64,000 nucleotides of DNA from an uncultured Deinococcaceae bacterium (GTDB lineage: Bacteria; Deinococcota; Deinococci; Deinococcales; Deinococcaceae). The notes below the pieces were generated by a model. The model had not been told where the DNA came from. It saw only the letters and a program-made list of their open reading frames with translations, and did not search any database. A program made the position numbers and the translations under genes. The stretch covers positions 17,055 through 81,054 of the forward strand of contig CAXULY010000026.1 in assembly GCA_964252075.1 (NCBI GenBank). Direction: 5' to 3'. The first letter of the stretch is position 1. Each line of letters starts with the position of its first letter. Shown here one piece after another: positions 42,277-52,830 of the stretch.

Positions 42277-43847
42277 GGCGGCCCGGGACGGGCGGTGCGT
42301 GGCGGCTGGCGCTGTCGCTCACGCTGCCGCTGGTCCTGGGCGCGTGCCAGCAGCAGACCGCCGGGAACACCCTGACGGTGCTGGCGGGCAGCGAGCTGAA
42401 GGACCTGGAGCCGCTACTGCCGGACATCGAGCGCAAGGCCGGGGTGAAACTCACGTTCACGTACACCGGCACGCTGGACGGCGCGCAGCGCATCGCGGAC
42501 GGTGACCAGAGTGACCTCGCGTGGTTCTCGCACGCGAAGTACCTGACCCTGCAACCCAAGGTGGCGGGGCGCATCAAGGCCAGCGAGAAGACCATGCTGT
42601 CCCCCGTGGTGCTGGGCGTGAAGGCCAGCAAGGCGCGCGCGTGGGGCTGGGACGCGCGCGGCGTGACGTGGAAGGACATCGAGCAGAAGGCGGCGAGCGG
42701 GCAGCTGCGCTACGGCATGAGCAACCCGGCGGCCAGCAACAGCGGCTTCACGGCGCTGGTGGGCGTGGTGGCGGCCCTGAGCGGCAGGGGCGACGCGATC
42801 ACGGAGGCGGACGTGCGCGCCCCCACCCTGAAGGCCTTCTTCAAAGGGCAGGCGCTCACCGCTGGGTCCAGCGGCTGGCTGGCGGACGCCTACGTGCGCG
42901 ACCAGGACACGCTGGACGGCCTCGTGAACTACGAGTCGGTGCTGCTGAGCCTGAACGCGGGCAAGACGCTGCGCGAGCCGCTCACGCTGCTGTACCCGCG
43001 CGAGGGCATCATCACGGCGGATTACCCGCTGCTGCTGCTGAACGACGCGAAGCGGGCCGCCTACACCCGCCTCGTGGACGCCCTGAAGTCCCCCGACATC
43101 CAGCGGGAGATCATGGAGCGGACGCTGCGGCGGCCCGTGAACCCGCAGGTGCAGACGGGCCGCACCTTCCCGAAGAACCTCCTGGTGGAGTTGCCCTTCC
43201 CCGGTCAGCTGGAGACCGTGAACGCCATCCTGACCGCGTACCTCGACGAGAACCGCCGCCCGGCGCACACCATCTTCGTGCTGGACACCTCCGGCAGCAT
43301 GGACGGGGACCGCCTGACGAGCCTGAAGGCCGCGATGGACAACCTGACAGGCGCGGACACCACCCTGTCCGGGCGGTTCGCGCGCTTCCAGGCGCGCGAA
43401 CGGGTGTCGGTGATCTCGTTCTCCAGCGACGTGAACGGCGAGCGGGACTTCACGCTCGGCCCACGCGCGCAGGCGGGCCCCACCCTGAGCAGCCTCCGCA
43501 CGTACGTGGACAGCCTCGACGCGGACGGCGGCACCGCCATCTTCAGCGCCCTGAAGCGCGCGTACGCGCTGGCGGGTGAGGGCGCGCAGCGCGACCCGGA
43601 GCGCTACCAGACCATCGTGCTCATGACGGACGGCGAGAACAACCACGGCGCCAGCCGCAACAATTTCCTGCAGTTCTACCGCCAGCTGCCGCCGCAGGTG
43701 CGCGCCGTGCGGACCTTCACGGTGCTGTACGGCGAGGGCAGCAAGGCCGACATGCAGGCCATCGCCGAGGAGACGGGCGGGCGCGTGTTCGACGGGCGCG
43801 CGGGCGGGCTGGCCGCCGCCTTCAAGGACATCCGTGGCTACCAGTGA
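42273..43847 (+). CDS. Lipoprotein with substrate-binding domain and C-terminal vWA domain
   Basis: Lipobox VLGAC; AGSELKD, SNPAASNSG, NYESV; complete MIDAS DTSGS / GGT / MTDGE; GTGA overlap with telA-family gene. Confidence 0.9.
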   Translation: MRRPGTGGAWRLALSLTLPLVLGACQQQTAGNTLTVLAGSELKDLEPLLPDIERKAGVKLTFTYTGTLDGAQRIADGDQSDLAWFSHAKYLTLQPKVAGRIKASEKTMLSPVVLGVKASKARAWGWDARGVTWKDIEQKAASGQLRYGMSNPAASNSGFTALVGVVAALSGRGDAITEADVRAPTLKAFFKGQALTAGSSGWLADAYVRDQDTLDGLVNYESVLLSLNAGKTLREPLTLLYPREGIITADYPLLLLNDAKRAAYTRLVDALKSPDIQREIMERTLRRPVNPQVQTGRTFPKNLLVELPFPGQLETVNAILTAYLDENRRPAHTIFVLDTSGSMDGDRLTSLKAAMDNLTGADTTLSGRFARFQARERVSVISFSSDVNGERDFTLGPRAQAGPTLSSLRTYVDSLDADGGTAIFSALKRAYALAGEGAQRDPERYQTIVLMTDGENNHGASRNNFLQFYRQLPPQVRAVRTFTVLYGEGSKADMQAIAEETGGRVFDGRAGGLAAAFKDIRGYQ

Positions 43848-43856
43848 GCCCGGCGC

Positions 43857-44468
43857 GTGAAGCGCGTCCTGCTGTACCTGTACTCCGGCAGGAACCTCGT
43901 GGGCACGCTGCTGGCCCTGCTGGGCCTCGCGGCGTACCTGCTGGGCTTCTTGGGCGCCTGGTGGCTGCCCATCGTGCTGGGGCTGTACGCGCTGGGCGCC
44001 CTGGTGACGCCCGCGCGCGGTGCGCCGAAGCTGCAGTTGCAGGCGGAGCTGGACGAGGGTGAGCTGCGCGCGGAGCTGAACCGCTTCGTGCGGTCCCTGC
44101 GCGGGCGCCTCCCGCCGGACGCCATGGAGCGCGTGAGCCGCATTCAGGCGAACCTGCAAGAAGCCCTGCCGCGCCTCGCGGAGCTGGGCTCGGCGGGCGA
44201 TCAGAACGCGTACCTCGTTCGGCAGACCATCACGGATTACCTGCCCGCGACGCTCCGCAATTACCTGCGGCTGCCGCGCGCCTACGCGAACATGCACCCC
44301 GTGCAGGACGGCAGGACCGCGCATCAGGTGCTCGTGGAGCAGCTGGATGTGCTGGACCGCACGGTGAGCGCGGTGGTGTCGGACCTGGCGCGCGGCGACA
44401 CCGAGCAGCTCCTCGCGAACGGGCGGTTCCTGCAGGAGAAGTTCCGCACGCCGGACTTCCAGCTGTAA
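43857..44468 (+). CDS. Two-TM protein with helical cytoplasmic domain (XpaC-like)
   Basis: Two N-terminal TMs; TITDYLPATLRNY and NGRFLQEKF motifs as in XpaC-like partners of TelA. Confidence 0.65.
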   Translation: MKRVLLYLYSGRNLVGTLLALLGLAAYLLGFLGAWWLPIVLGLYALGALVTPARGAPKLQLQAELDEGELRAELNRFVRSLRGRLPPDAMERVSRIQANLQEALPRLAELGSAGDQNAYLVRQTITDYLPATLRNYLRLPRAYANMHPVQDGRTAHQVLVEQLDVLDRTVSAVVSDLARGDTEQLLANGRFLQEKFRTPDFQL

Positions 44469-44482
44469 AGGCGTCAGGGAAG

Positions 44483-44518
44483 AAAAGGAGGCTCGCGCAG
44501 GTGCGCGAGCCCCCTCCC
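44483..44518. terminator. Terminator between TelA operon and lysJ
   Basis: GGCTCGCGCA-gg-TGCGCGAGCC preceded by A-run (U-tail on minus strand). Confidence 0.65.
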
Positions 44519-44528
44519 CTGCCGGGCG

Positions 44529-45776
44529 TTACTCCGTCTGCTTGGTCTCCGCGACTTCCGCCTGCGGGACCTCGCGGGGGTTCACGGTCTCCAGCACGCG
44601 CGCGAAGGCTGCGACCGCCTCATCGATCTGCTCGCGGCTGATGGTGAGGGGCGGCAGGAACCGCACGACGAGCGGCGTCGCCTGCAGGGTGAGCACGCCC
44701 TCGTCGTGCTCGAGCGCCGCGATGTACGGGCCGCTCTTCTCCTTGAGTTCCACTCCGATCATGAGGCCCAGGCCGCGCACCTCGCGGATCTTCGGGGACT
44801 GAATGGCGCGCAGCTTTTCCATGAAGTACGCGCCCTTCTCGGCGGCCTGCGCCGCGAGGTTCTCGCGCTTCATGAAGCGCATCGCGGCGACGCCCGCCGC
44901 CATCGCGAGGGGGTTCCCGCCGAAGGTGGTGCCGTGCCCACCTTTCGGCATGCGGTCCGCGACGTCGGCGGTCATGGCGAAGGCCCCGACGGGCACGCCG
45001 CCCGCCATGGCCTTGGCGAGGGTCACGCCGTCGGGCACCACGCCGAAGTGCTCCATCGCGAACACCTTGCCGGTGCGGCAGAAGCCCGTCTGGATCTCGT
45101 CGAGGATCAGCAGGGCGCCCTTCTCACGGGTGAGTTCGCGGGCCGCCTGAATGAACTCGCGCGTGCCGGGGCGCACGCCGCCCTCACCCTGCACGGGCTC
45201 CATGATGACCGCGGCGGTCTCGTCCGTGATGGCGGCGCGCAGCTCCTCGATGTTGCCGTAACTGACGAAATCCACGTTCTTGTTGTCCACCGCGTCCCCG
45301 AAGGGCTCGCGGTACTTCGGTTCCCACGTGAAGGACAGCGCGCCCAGGCTGCGGCCCGAGAAGCCGCGCCGCATGCTCACGAAGCGGTGGCGGCCCGTCG
45401 CGGTGATCGCGAACTTCTTCGCGGCCTCCATCGCCTCGGTGCCGCTGTTGCACAGGAACACGCGGCTGAGTTCGTGCGGCAGCAGGCTGGTGAGTTCCTG
45501 CAGGAACTCCGCGCGCTTGTCGTTCGGGAGGGTCTGCGGCATCACGATGAGGCGCTCGGCCTGGTCCTTGATGGCCTGCACGACCTCCGGGTTGCTGTGC
45601 CCGACGTTCGCGACGCCGTAGCCGCCCATGCAGTCGATGTACGCGCGGCCCGTGTCGTCCCAGATGGTGGCGCCCTCGGCGCGCACCATGACGACCTGGT
45701 GCTTGTTGTATACGCCGCTGTCGAGTTGCTGTTCGAGGCTCAGCCAGTCGGCCTTCGGGGTTTCGGTGGTGGTCAT
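44529..45776 (-). CDS. lysJ: [LysW]-aminoadipate semialdehyde transaminase (class III aminotransferase, ArgD-like)
   Basis: [59 protein letters not shown]. Confidence 0.9.
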   Translation of the reverse strand: MTTTETPKADWLSLEQQLDSGVYNKHQVVMVRAEGATIWDDTGRAYIDCMGGYGVANVGHSNPEVVQAIKDQAERLIVMPQTLPNDKRAEFLQELTSLLPHELSRVFLCNSGTEAMEAAKKFAITATGRHRFVSMRRGFSGRSLGALSFTWEPKYREPFGDAVDNKNVDFVSYGNIEELRAAITDETAAVIMEPVQGEGGVRPGTREFIQAARELTREKGALLILDEIQTGFCRTGKVFAMEHFGVVPDGVTLAKAMAGGVPVGAFAMTADVADRMPKGGHGTTFGGNPLAMAAGVAAMRFMKRENLAAQAAEKGAYFMEKLRAIQSPKIREVRGLGLMIGVELKEKSGPYIAALEHDEGVLTLQATPLVVRFLPPLTISREQIDEAVAAFARVLETVNPREVPQAEVAETKQTE

Positions 45777-45874
45777 GTGTCCTCCTTCGGGGCGGCCGGG
45801 CCTCGCGGCGGGCCGCAACGCTTCAGTGTAAGGGACAGCGCGCGCCCGCAAGGTGTCCGGGCGCGGCAGGCGCG

Positions 45875-46762
45875 TCAGTCCGCCAGCGGCACCGGGGCGT
45901 GCGGCGCGCGGCGCGGGCGGGCGTTCAGGAGCAGCAGGCCCGCCAGCACCACCAGCACGCCCACGCCGGACAGCGCGGTGGGGCGTTCGCCCGCGACCGC
46001 CGCCCAGAACAGCCCCCACACCGGCAGGGCGTACGTCACGGCGGTGACCTGCGTGGCCGACACCCGCGCGAGCAGCCCGTAGTACACGAGGTACGCCAGC
46101 CCGCTGCCAAACACGCCGAGCGCGACGACGGCACCCACGGCGGACCCGTGGATGGCGGTCGGGTGGGGTCCGAGGGCCGCGAAGGGCAGCAGCAGCAGCC
46201 CCGCGAGCGTGAGCTGCACGGTGGCGAGCGCGGTGGGTGCCACGCCCTGCAGGTGCCGCTTCGCGATGAGGGTCGCGATGGCGTACCCGAGGCTGGCCGC
46301 CGCGATCAGCAGCGCGCCCGTGAGGGTGGCGTGGCCGCCGTGCACGCTGCCCGACACGGTGAGCGTCACGCCGCCCAGGCCCAGCAGCACCCCGACCAGC
46401 GCGAGGCCGCCGACGCGCCCGCCGGGCAGCGCCAGCCCGATCAGCACGCTGAAGAGGGGCGTGGTGGCGTTCAGGATCGCCGCGATGTTGCTGCTCACCG
46501 TCTGCTCGCCCCACGCGAAGAAGGTCCACGGCAGGACGTTGTTGAACACCGCCACCAGCAGCAGCGGCCTCCACAGCCGCAGTGGGGGCAGCGCGTGGCG
46601 GCCCGCGCGGAGCGCCGCCCACAGCACGAGCGCCCCGAAGGCGCAGCGCAGGAACGCCACCCACACGGGCGGGAAGGCCTCACCCGCCAGTTTAATCAGC
46701 AGGAAGGACACGCCCCACAGCGCCGACAGCAGCAGCATCTGCAGCGCGGCGCCGCGCGTCAC
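45875..46762 (-). CDS. DMT/EamA family transporter
   Basis: [16 protein letters not shown], two EamA repeats, about 10 TMs. Confidence 0.9.
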   Translation of the reverse strand: MTRGAALQMLLLSALWGVSFLLIKLAGEAFPPVWVAFLRCAFGALVLWAALRAGRHALPPLRLWRPLLLVAVFNNVLPWTFFAWGEQTVSSNIAAILNATTPLFSVLIGLALPGGRVGGLALVGVLLGLGGVTLTVSGSVHGGHATLTGALLIAAASLGYAIATLIAKRHLQGVAPTALATVQLTLAGLLLLPFAALGPHPTAIHGSAVGAVVALGVFGSGLAYLVYYGLLARVSATQVTAVTYALPVWGLFWAAVAGERPTALSGVGVLVVLAGLLLLNARPRRAPHAPVPLAD

Positions 46763-47343
46763 GGCAGCTCCAGCAGCTCGCGCGGCAGGGCGGGCCACTC
46801 GTCGGTCTGCGCGGCCTGCGCCGCCCAGTTCTCCTTGCCGCTCCAGCGCTCGACGCTGAGCGCGTACACGCTGGTGCGCGCGAGGTGCGCGTCTGGAATG
46901 GGCCGCGCCTCCACGCCGGGCCGCAGGCGCGGGAAGTACCGCCGGGTCAGGTCGTACAGCGCGGCGCGCGCCTCGTCCGGGTCGCTCAGGACGCGCGCGC
47001 GGCCGAAGGCGATGACGCTGCGGTACTGCATGCCGAGCTCCAGCGGGTCGTTGCTGGGCAGCAGGCGCCCCACCTCGGACGCCTCGAAGCACACGCGGTC
47101 GTCGCGCTCCACGTTCGCGCGCACGCGGCCCACGATGTTCGAGTGGTACACGATGTCATGCGTCGCGGGGCGGTACACGAAGGTCGTGGGGTTTACGAAG
47201 GGAAAGCCGTCCCAGCTGCTCGCCACGCGGCACACCTGCACGCGCTCCAGGAGCGCACGGATCCACGCGTCGTCCCGACGGTTCTGCGGGCGGCGGCTCG
47301 CGCTCGGGTCGCGCACGGCGGGGTCATGGTAGCCGCCCGTCAT
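46759..47343 (-). CDS. Pyridoxamine 5'-phosphate oxidase-like flavin-binding protein (NimA-like)
   Basis: PFVNP, VYH, VCFE, YRSVIAFG, WSGK. Confidence 0.85.
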   Translation of the reverse strand: MTGGYHDPAVRDPSASRRPQNRRDDAWIRALLERVQVCRVASSWDGFPFVNPTTFVYRPATHDIVYHSNIVGRVRANVERDDRVCFEASEVGRLLPSNDPLELGMQYRSVIAFGRARVLSDPDEARAALYDLTRRYFPRLRPGVEARPIPDAHLARTSVYALSVERWSGKENWAAQAAQTDEWPALPRELLELP

Positions 47344-47804
47344 TCCTGCACCGCGGGCCGGAGGCCGCTCACGACGCCCATGCGGTTCCACGCGCCGATG
47401 GCGGTGACCGCCATGGTGAGCTGCACGACCGCCTGGTCCGCGAAGTGCGCGCGCAGGGCCTCCACGATGTCGTCCGGCACGCCGCCCTCGGCGAGGCGCG
47501 TGACGGCGTCCGTGAAGGCCAGCACCGCGCGCTCGCGCGGGCTGAACACCTCGCCCGCCTCGTGCCACACGGGCAGCAGGCTCAGCTGCTGCTGGGGCAC
47601 GCCGACCTTCAGGGCGTCACGGGTGTGCAGGTCCACGCAGAAGGCGCAGCCGTTCAGGGCACTGGCGCGCACCTTGATGAGTTCCAGCAGGCGCGCGTCC
47701 AGCCCGGTGCCGCGCACGTAGGCATCCAGGGCGCGCAGGGCGTCGTAGGCGGCGGGTTCCAGGGTGCGGTAGGCCAGGCGGGGCGCGGGCAGGGTGCGGT
47801 TCAT
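47340..47804 (-). CDS. Carboxymuconolactone decarboxylase / AhpD-like protein
   Basis: ELIKVRAS..NGCAFCVDLH, AWNR; TAGCGT 6 nt upstream of ATG. Confidence 0.9.
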   Translation of the reverse strand: MNRTLPAPRLAYRTLEPAAYDALRALDAYVRGTGLDARLLELIKVRASALNGCAFCVDLHTRDALKVGVPQQQLSLLPVWHEAGEVFSPRERAVLAFTDAVTRLAEGGVPDDIVEALRAHFADQAVVQLTMAVTAIGAWNRMGVVSGLRPAVQE

Positions 47805-47834
47805 GGACCCACGCTACCGAGTAGAATGGACCTC

Positions 47835-49295
47835 ATGCCAGGACCACTTCGCGCACATTCGAGTGAACCACTGCGTGAACTGCCGTTCGTACTGGACCTG
47901 AACCGCGCGGCGACCGAGGCGCTGCACGCGCAGGTGGCGAGCGCCCTGCGGGCCGCAGTGCTCTCGGGTCGCCTGCCGCCCGGCACGGCGCTGCCCGCCA
48001 CGCGTACCCTGGCGCGCACGCTCGGTGTGGCGCGCGGCGTGGCCGTGGACGCCTACGCGGAACTCGCCGCGGAAGGGTACCTGGAGGCGCGCCAGGGCAG
48101 CGGCACCCGCGTGGCGGCCGGGGTGGCGGCCGCCGCGACCACCCCGGCCCACGCACCGGCGTGGCTGCCCACCCCGCGCCCCGCCCCCGTGGACGCTCCG
48201 GCAGAATCCGGCACGCTGTCGTTCCGGGTGGGGCAGCCCACCACCCTGACGCTGGACCGCCGCGCGTGGGCGCAGGCCTTCGCGCACGCCGCGCGGCAGC
48301 CCCCACCGGGCGATTATGGGGATCCGGCGGGCGAGGCGGACCTGCGGGCGGCGCTCGCGGCCCTCACCACGCGCGCGCGCGGCCTGCGCGCCTCACCCGA
48401 GGACGTGGTCGTGACGGCCGGCACGGTGCAGGCGGTCGACCTGATCGCGCGCGCCCTCGTGCGGCCCGGCGACCCGGTGGTGATCGAGGAGCCCGGGTAC
48501 CGCCTCGCGCACCAGCGCTTCGCGGACGCGGGCGCGCACCTCCACGCGGGCGCCCTCGACGACGACGGCCTGATCGTGGAGCGCCTGCCGCCCGCCCGGC
48601 TGGTGTACGTGACGCCCAGCCACCAGTTCCCGCTGGGCGTACGGATGAGCGTCGCGCGGCGCCTCGCGCTCCTCGCGTGGGCGGAAGCGCACGACGCGCT
48701 GATCATCGAGGACGACTACGACGGCGAGTACCGCTACGGCGCGCCGCCCCTCCCGCCCCTCGCGAGCCTCGACACCGGGGGGCGCGTGCTGTACCTCGCG
48801 ACCCTCAGCAAGGTCCTGACGCCCGCGCTGCGGGTGGGTCACGTGATCGCACCGCCCGCCGTGCGCGCCCTGCTGGTGCGCGAGAAGCACCTCGCGGACG
48901 CGGGGAATCCCTGGCCGGTGCAGGCGGCGGTGACGTGGCTGCTGCAGCGCGGGCACGTCGAGCGGCACGTGCGCCGCACCCGGCGGCACTACGCGGCGGT
49001 CCAGGCGAGCCTCGCGCAGGCTCTCGCGCCGCTCGCGCCCCTCGCGCGGCTCGGCGGGGTGGAGGCGGGCCTGCATGCCTGCCTGCACCTCGCGGCCACA
49101 CTGGACGCCCGCGCGGTGGCGGCCGAATGCGCGGCGCACGGGGTGCGGGTGAGCACACTGGACGAGTACAGCATGCGGGGCCGGGCGGGCAACGCGCTGC
49201 TGCTCGGGTACGGGGGCCTCACGCTGCTGGAGGTGCAGCGCGGGGCGACCGTCATCCGGGACGTCGTCACGCGGCTGGGGCAGCGCCTATCCTGA
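47835..49295 (+). CDS. MocR/GabR-family PLP-dependent transcriptional regulator
   Basis: GntR HTH LPATRTLA..LGVAR..AY; TPSHQFPLG, IIEDDYD, TLSK; TAGAAT 7 nt upstream of ATG 47835. Confidence 0.92.
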   Translation: MPGPLRAHSSEPLRELPFVLDLNRAATEALHAQVASALRAAVLSGRLPPGTALPATRTLARTLGVARGVAVDAYAELAAEGYLEARQGSGTRVAAGVAAAATTPAHAPAWLPTPRPAPVDAPAESGTLSFRVGQPTTLTLDRRAWAQAFAHAARQPPPGDYGDPAGEADLRAALAALTTRARGLRASPEDVVVTAGTVQAVDLIARALVRPGDPVVIEEPGYRLAHQRFADAGAHLHAGALDDDGLIVERLPPARLVYVTPSHQFPLGVRMSVARRLALLAWAEAHDALIIEDDYDGEYRYGAPPLPPLASLDTGGRVLYLATLSKVLTPALRVGHVIAPPAVRALLVREKHLADAGNPWPVQAAVTWLLQRGHVERHVRRTRRHYAAVQASLAQALAPLAPLARLGGVEAGLHACLHLAATLDARAVAAECAAHGVRVSTLDEYSMRGRAGNALLLGYGGLTLLEVQRGATVIRDVVTRLGQRLS

Positions 49296-49301
49296 GGCCG
49301 C

Positions 49302-50021
49302 ATGAGTGATTTCACGCTCGCCCTGATCGCCGACATCCACGGCAACGCCTGGGCGCTCGACGCGGTGCTGGACGACATCCGCCGTCGCGGCGTGCGGGTC
49401 GTCGTGAACCTGGGGGACAGCCTGAACGGCCCGCTGGACCCCTCCGGCACCGCCGACCTGCTGCTGCGGCACGGCGTGCCGAGCCTGCGCGGCAACGGGG
49501 ACCGCGAGGTGCTGGAGGGCCTGGCCCCGCAGGTGCGCGCGCACCTCACGCCCGCGCACCTCGCGTGGCTGCGCGACCTGCCCGAGACGCTCACGGTCGC
49601 GGATTTGCTGCTGTGCCACGGCACGCCCACCTGCGACGACCAGCCGCTGCTGGAAACCATCACCGCGCAGGGCGCGCGCCCCGCCACGCCGGATGAGATC
49701 ACCGCGCGCCTGGACGGCACCCGCGCGCGCGCGCTCGCGTGCGCGCACAGTCACCTCGCGCGCGTGGTGCGCCTGCCGGACGGGCGCAGCATCATCAACC
49801 CGGGCAGCGTGGGCCTGCCCGCTTACACCGACGAGGCGCCGCACCCGCACGCCATGCAGAGCGGCAGTCCGCACGCGCGCTACGCCCTGCTGAGCCGCTG
49901 GGGCGACGAGTGGACGGTGGAACAGCTGTGCGTGCCGTACGACTGGCATGCGGCGGCGGCGCAGGCACGTCGGGCCGGGCGTCCGGACTGGGCGGCGTGG
50001 CTCAGCACCGGCTGGACCTGA
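49302..50021 (+). CDS. Metallophosphoesterase
   Basis: DIHGN, NLGD, GNGD, CHGTP, HSH, NPGSVG. Confidence 0.88.
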   Translation: MSDFTLALIADIHGNAWALDAVLDDIRRRGVRVVVNLGDSLNGPLDPSGTADLLLRHGVPSLRGNGDREVLEGLAPQVRAHLTPAHLAWLRDLPETLTVADLLLCHGTPTCDDQPLLETITAQGARPATPDEITARLDGTRARALACAHSHLARVVRLPDGRSIINPGSVGLPAYTDEAPHPHAMQSGSPHARYALLSRWGDEWTVEQLCVPYDWHAAAAQARRAGRPDWAAWLSTGWT

Positions 50022-50151
50022 CGCCACGGCGCGCAACATGCGAATTGCGTGTGGCACGATAAAAACCTCTCTCACATTTCATCTCTCATCAAGAAACCTG
50101 CGGCATGTTGTGTGCAGGCACCTGACACACGAGCCGAAAGGAACACCAGAC

Positions 50152-51408
50152 ATGCGTGACAAGCGAACCCTCTCCACCATCGCCCTGAGCCTTGCCATTG
50201 CCCTCGGGGCGGTCACCCTGCACGACCGCCTGGCGCTGCCCGCCGACGCCCAGACCACGACGGCCGCGCAGGGCAGCGCGCCGTCCTTCAACCCCAGCCG
50301 CGCCCGCACCGAGAACGAACGCAACACCGTTCAGGTGGTGCAGCAGGCGCAGAGCGGCGTGGTGTACGTCAGCACCGAGAGCCGCGGCGGCGCCGCCAGC
50401 AGCGCGGACGCCGACCCCTTCGCGGGCACGCCCTTCCAGAACATGCCGGGCCTCCCCCGGCAGCTCCAGCAGGGCCCGCAGCGCGGCACCGGCAGCGGCT
50501 TCTTCATTGACGCGCAGGGCGACATCCTCACGAATAACCACGTCGTGCAGGGCGCGGACACCATCAAGATCCGCCTCTTCGGGTCCAAGACCACCTACAC
50601 CGCCAAAGTCATCGGGCGCGCGCCCGACTACGACCTCGCGCTCATCCGCGCGCAGGGCGTGCCCGCGAACCTCATCAAGCCCCTCGCGCTCGGGGACAGC
50701 AGCCAGCTCGCGGTGGGCCTCAAGGCCGTCGCGATGGGCGCGCCCTTCGACCTGGACTTCAGCGTGACGGAAGGCATCATCAGCGCGCTGAACCGCAAGA
50801 TCGAGGTGGGCGCCAAGAACGTCCCACAGCCCGTCATTCAGACGGACGCCGCCATCAACCCCGGCAACAGCGGCGGCCCGCTGCTGGACAGCAACGGCCA
50901 GGTGATCGGCGTGAACACGCAGATCCTGACGGGCGGAGCGGAGCAGAACGCTGGCGTGGGCTTCGCCATCCCCGTGAACACCGTGAAGGCCCTCCTGCCG
51001 CGCCTGCGTGAAGGCGGTCAGGTCAAGACGCCCACCCTCGGCATTCAGTTCACGGACCTGAGCGTGCTGGACGCCGCCACCGCGAAGAAGCTGCGGCTCC
51101 CCACGCAGGGCGCGCTGGTGTCGCAGGTGCTGCCCGGCAGCCCCGCGCAGAAGGCCGGACTGAAGGGCGGCACCAACCAGCAGACGGTGGACGGCGCGCC
51201 CTTCGTGACGGGCGGCGACATCATCACGGCGGTCGGCGGTCAGCGCATCACCGAGGCGAGCGACCTGCAGGAAGCGGTGCTGGACCACGTGATCGGGGAC
51301 AGCGTGACCCTCACGGTGCAGCGCGACGGGAAGGCCCGGACGCTCACGGTGAAGCTGTTCGCGTACACCGCGCCCACCACCGGGCAGGTACAGCCCCAGG
51401 GCCGCTGA
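50152..51408 (+). CDS. htrA: HtrA/DegP-family serine protease (S1C + PDZ)
   Basis: GSGF, TNNHV, DLAL, QTDAAINPGNSGGPL, one PDZ domain; AAAGGA RBS. Confidence 0.92.
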   Translation: MRDKRTLSTIALSLAIALGAVTLHDRLALPADAQTTTAAQGSAPSFNPSRARTENERNTVQVVQQAQSGVVYVSTESRGGAASSADADPFAGTPFQNMPGLPRQLQQGPQRGTGSGFFIDAQGDILTNNHVVQGADTIKIRLFGSKTTYTAKVIGRAPDYDLALIRAQGVPANLIKPLALGDSSQLAVGLKAVAMGAPFDLDFSVTEGIISALNRKIEVGAKNVPQPVIQTDAAINPGNSGGPLLDSNGQVIGVNTQILTGGAEQNAGVGFAIPVNTVKALLPRLREGGQVKTPTLGIQFTDLSVLDAATAKKLRLPTQGALVSQVLPGSPAQKAGLKGGTNQQTVDGAPFVTGGDIITAVGGQRITEASDLQEAVLDHVIGDSVTLTVQRDGKARTLTVKLFAYTAPTTGQVQPQGR

Positions 51409-51424
51409 GCGACCCACCTGGTAC

Positions 51425-51455
51425 AGGCCCGCCGCGTGGCGGGCCTCTTTTCTTT
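51425..51455 (+). terminator. Intrinsic terminator
   Basis: AGGCCCGCC-gcgt-GGCGGGCCT-CTTTTCTTT. Confidence 0.8.
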
Positions 51456-51524
51456 AGCCCGCCGTGGGGCGTCACGGGGACACATCGCCCTGTTCGCGCC
51501 ACGCGCGCGCACTAGACTGCGGGC

Positions 51525-52514
<990 letters not shown>

Positions 52515-52774
52515 GCCGCGCCCGGCGGGGCCCAGGCCCCAAGCATTTTCAAAATTCCATTTGGATGTGGGTGCCGGGGCGATTCTGGCGCGGGTTATGC
52601 ACCGTGGCGTCACGGAGTCGGCCGCTGCCCGGCGGGCAGCGGGACCTGAGGGCGTCGCGCGTGAACAGCCAGCGACGCCTTCAACTTAACAGCCGCGGAT
52701 GGGCGCGTAGGTGAGCGGAAACCAGCCCTGAGCACGTCCTGCTACTGCACTGAACGCCCTTCCCGGCATGAAAG

Positions 52775-52800
52775 CGGGCGGACGCGTGTGCGTCCGCCCG
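52775..52800 (-). terminator. Probable terminator of BON-domain gene
   Basis: CGGGCGGACGC-gtgt-GCGTCCGCCCG; short U-run on minus strand. Confidence 0.55.
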
Positions 52801-52830
52801 TCGGGGCAAGCCGTGGCGGGTCAGCCGCCG

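Noticed and set aside
50061..50095. TCTCTCA repeat upstream of htrA as an operator
   Set aside because: Only two copies at 14-bp spacing in low-complexity sequence, too weak to support.
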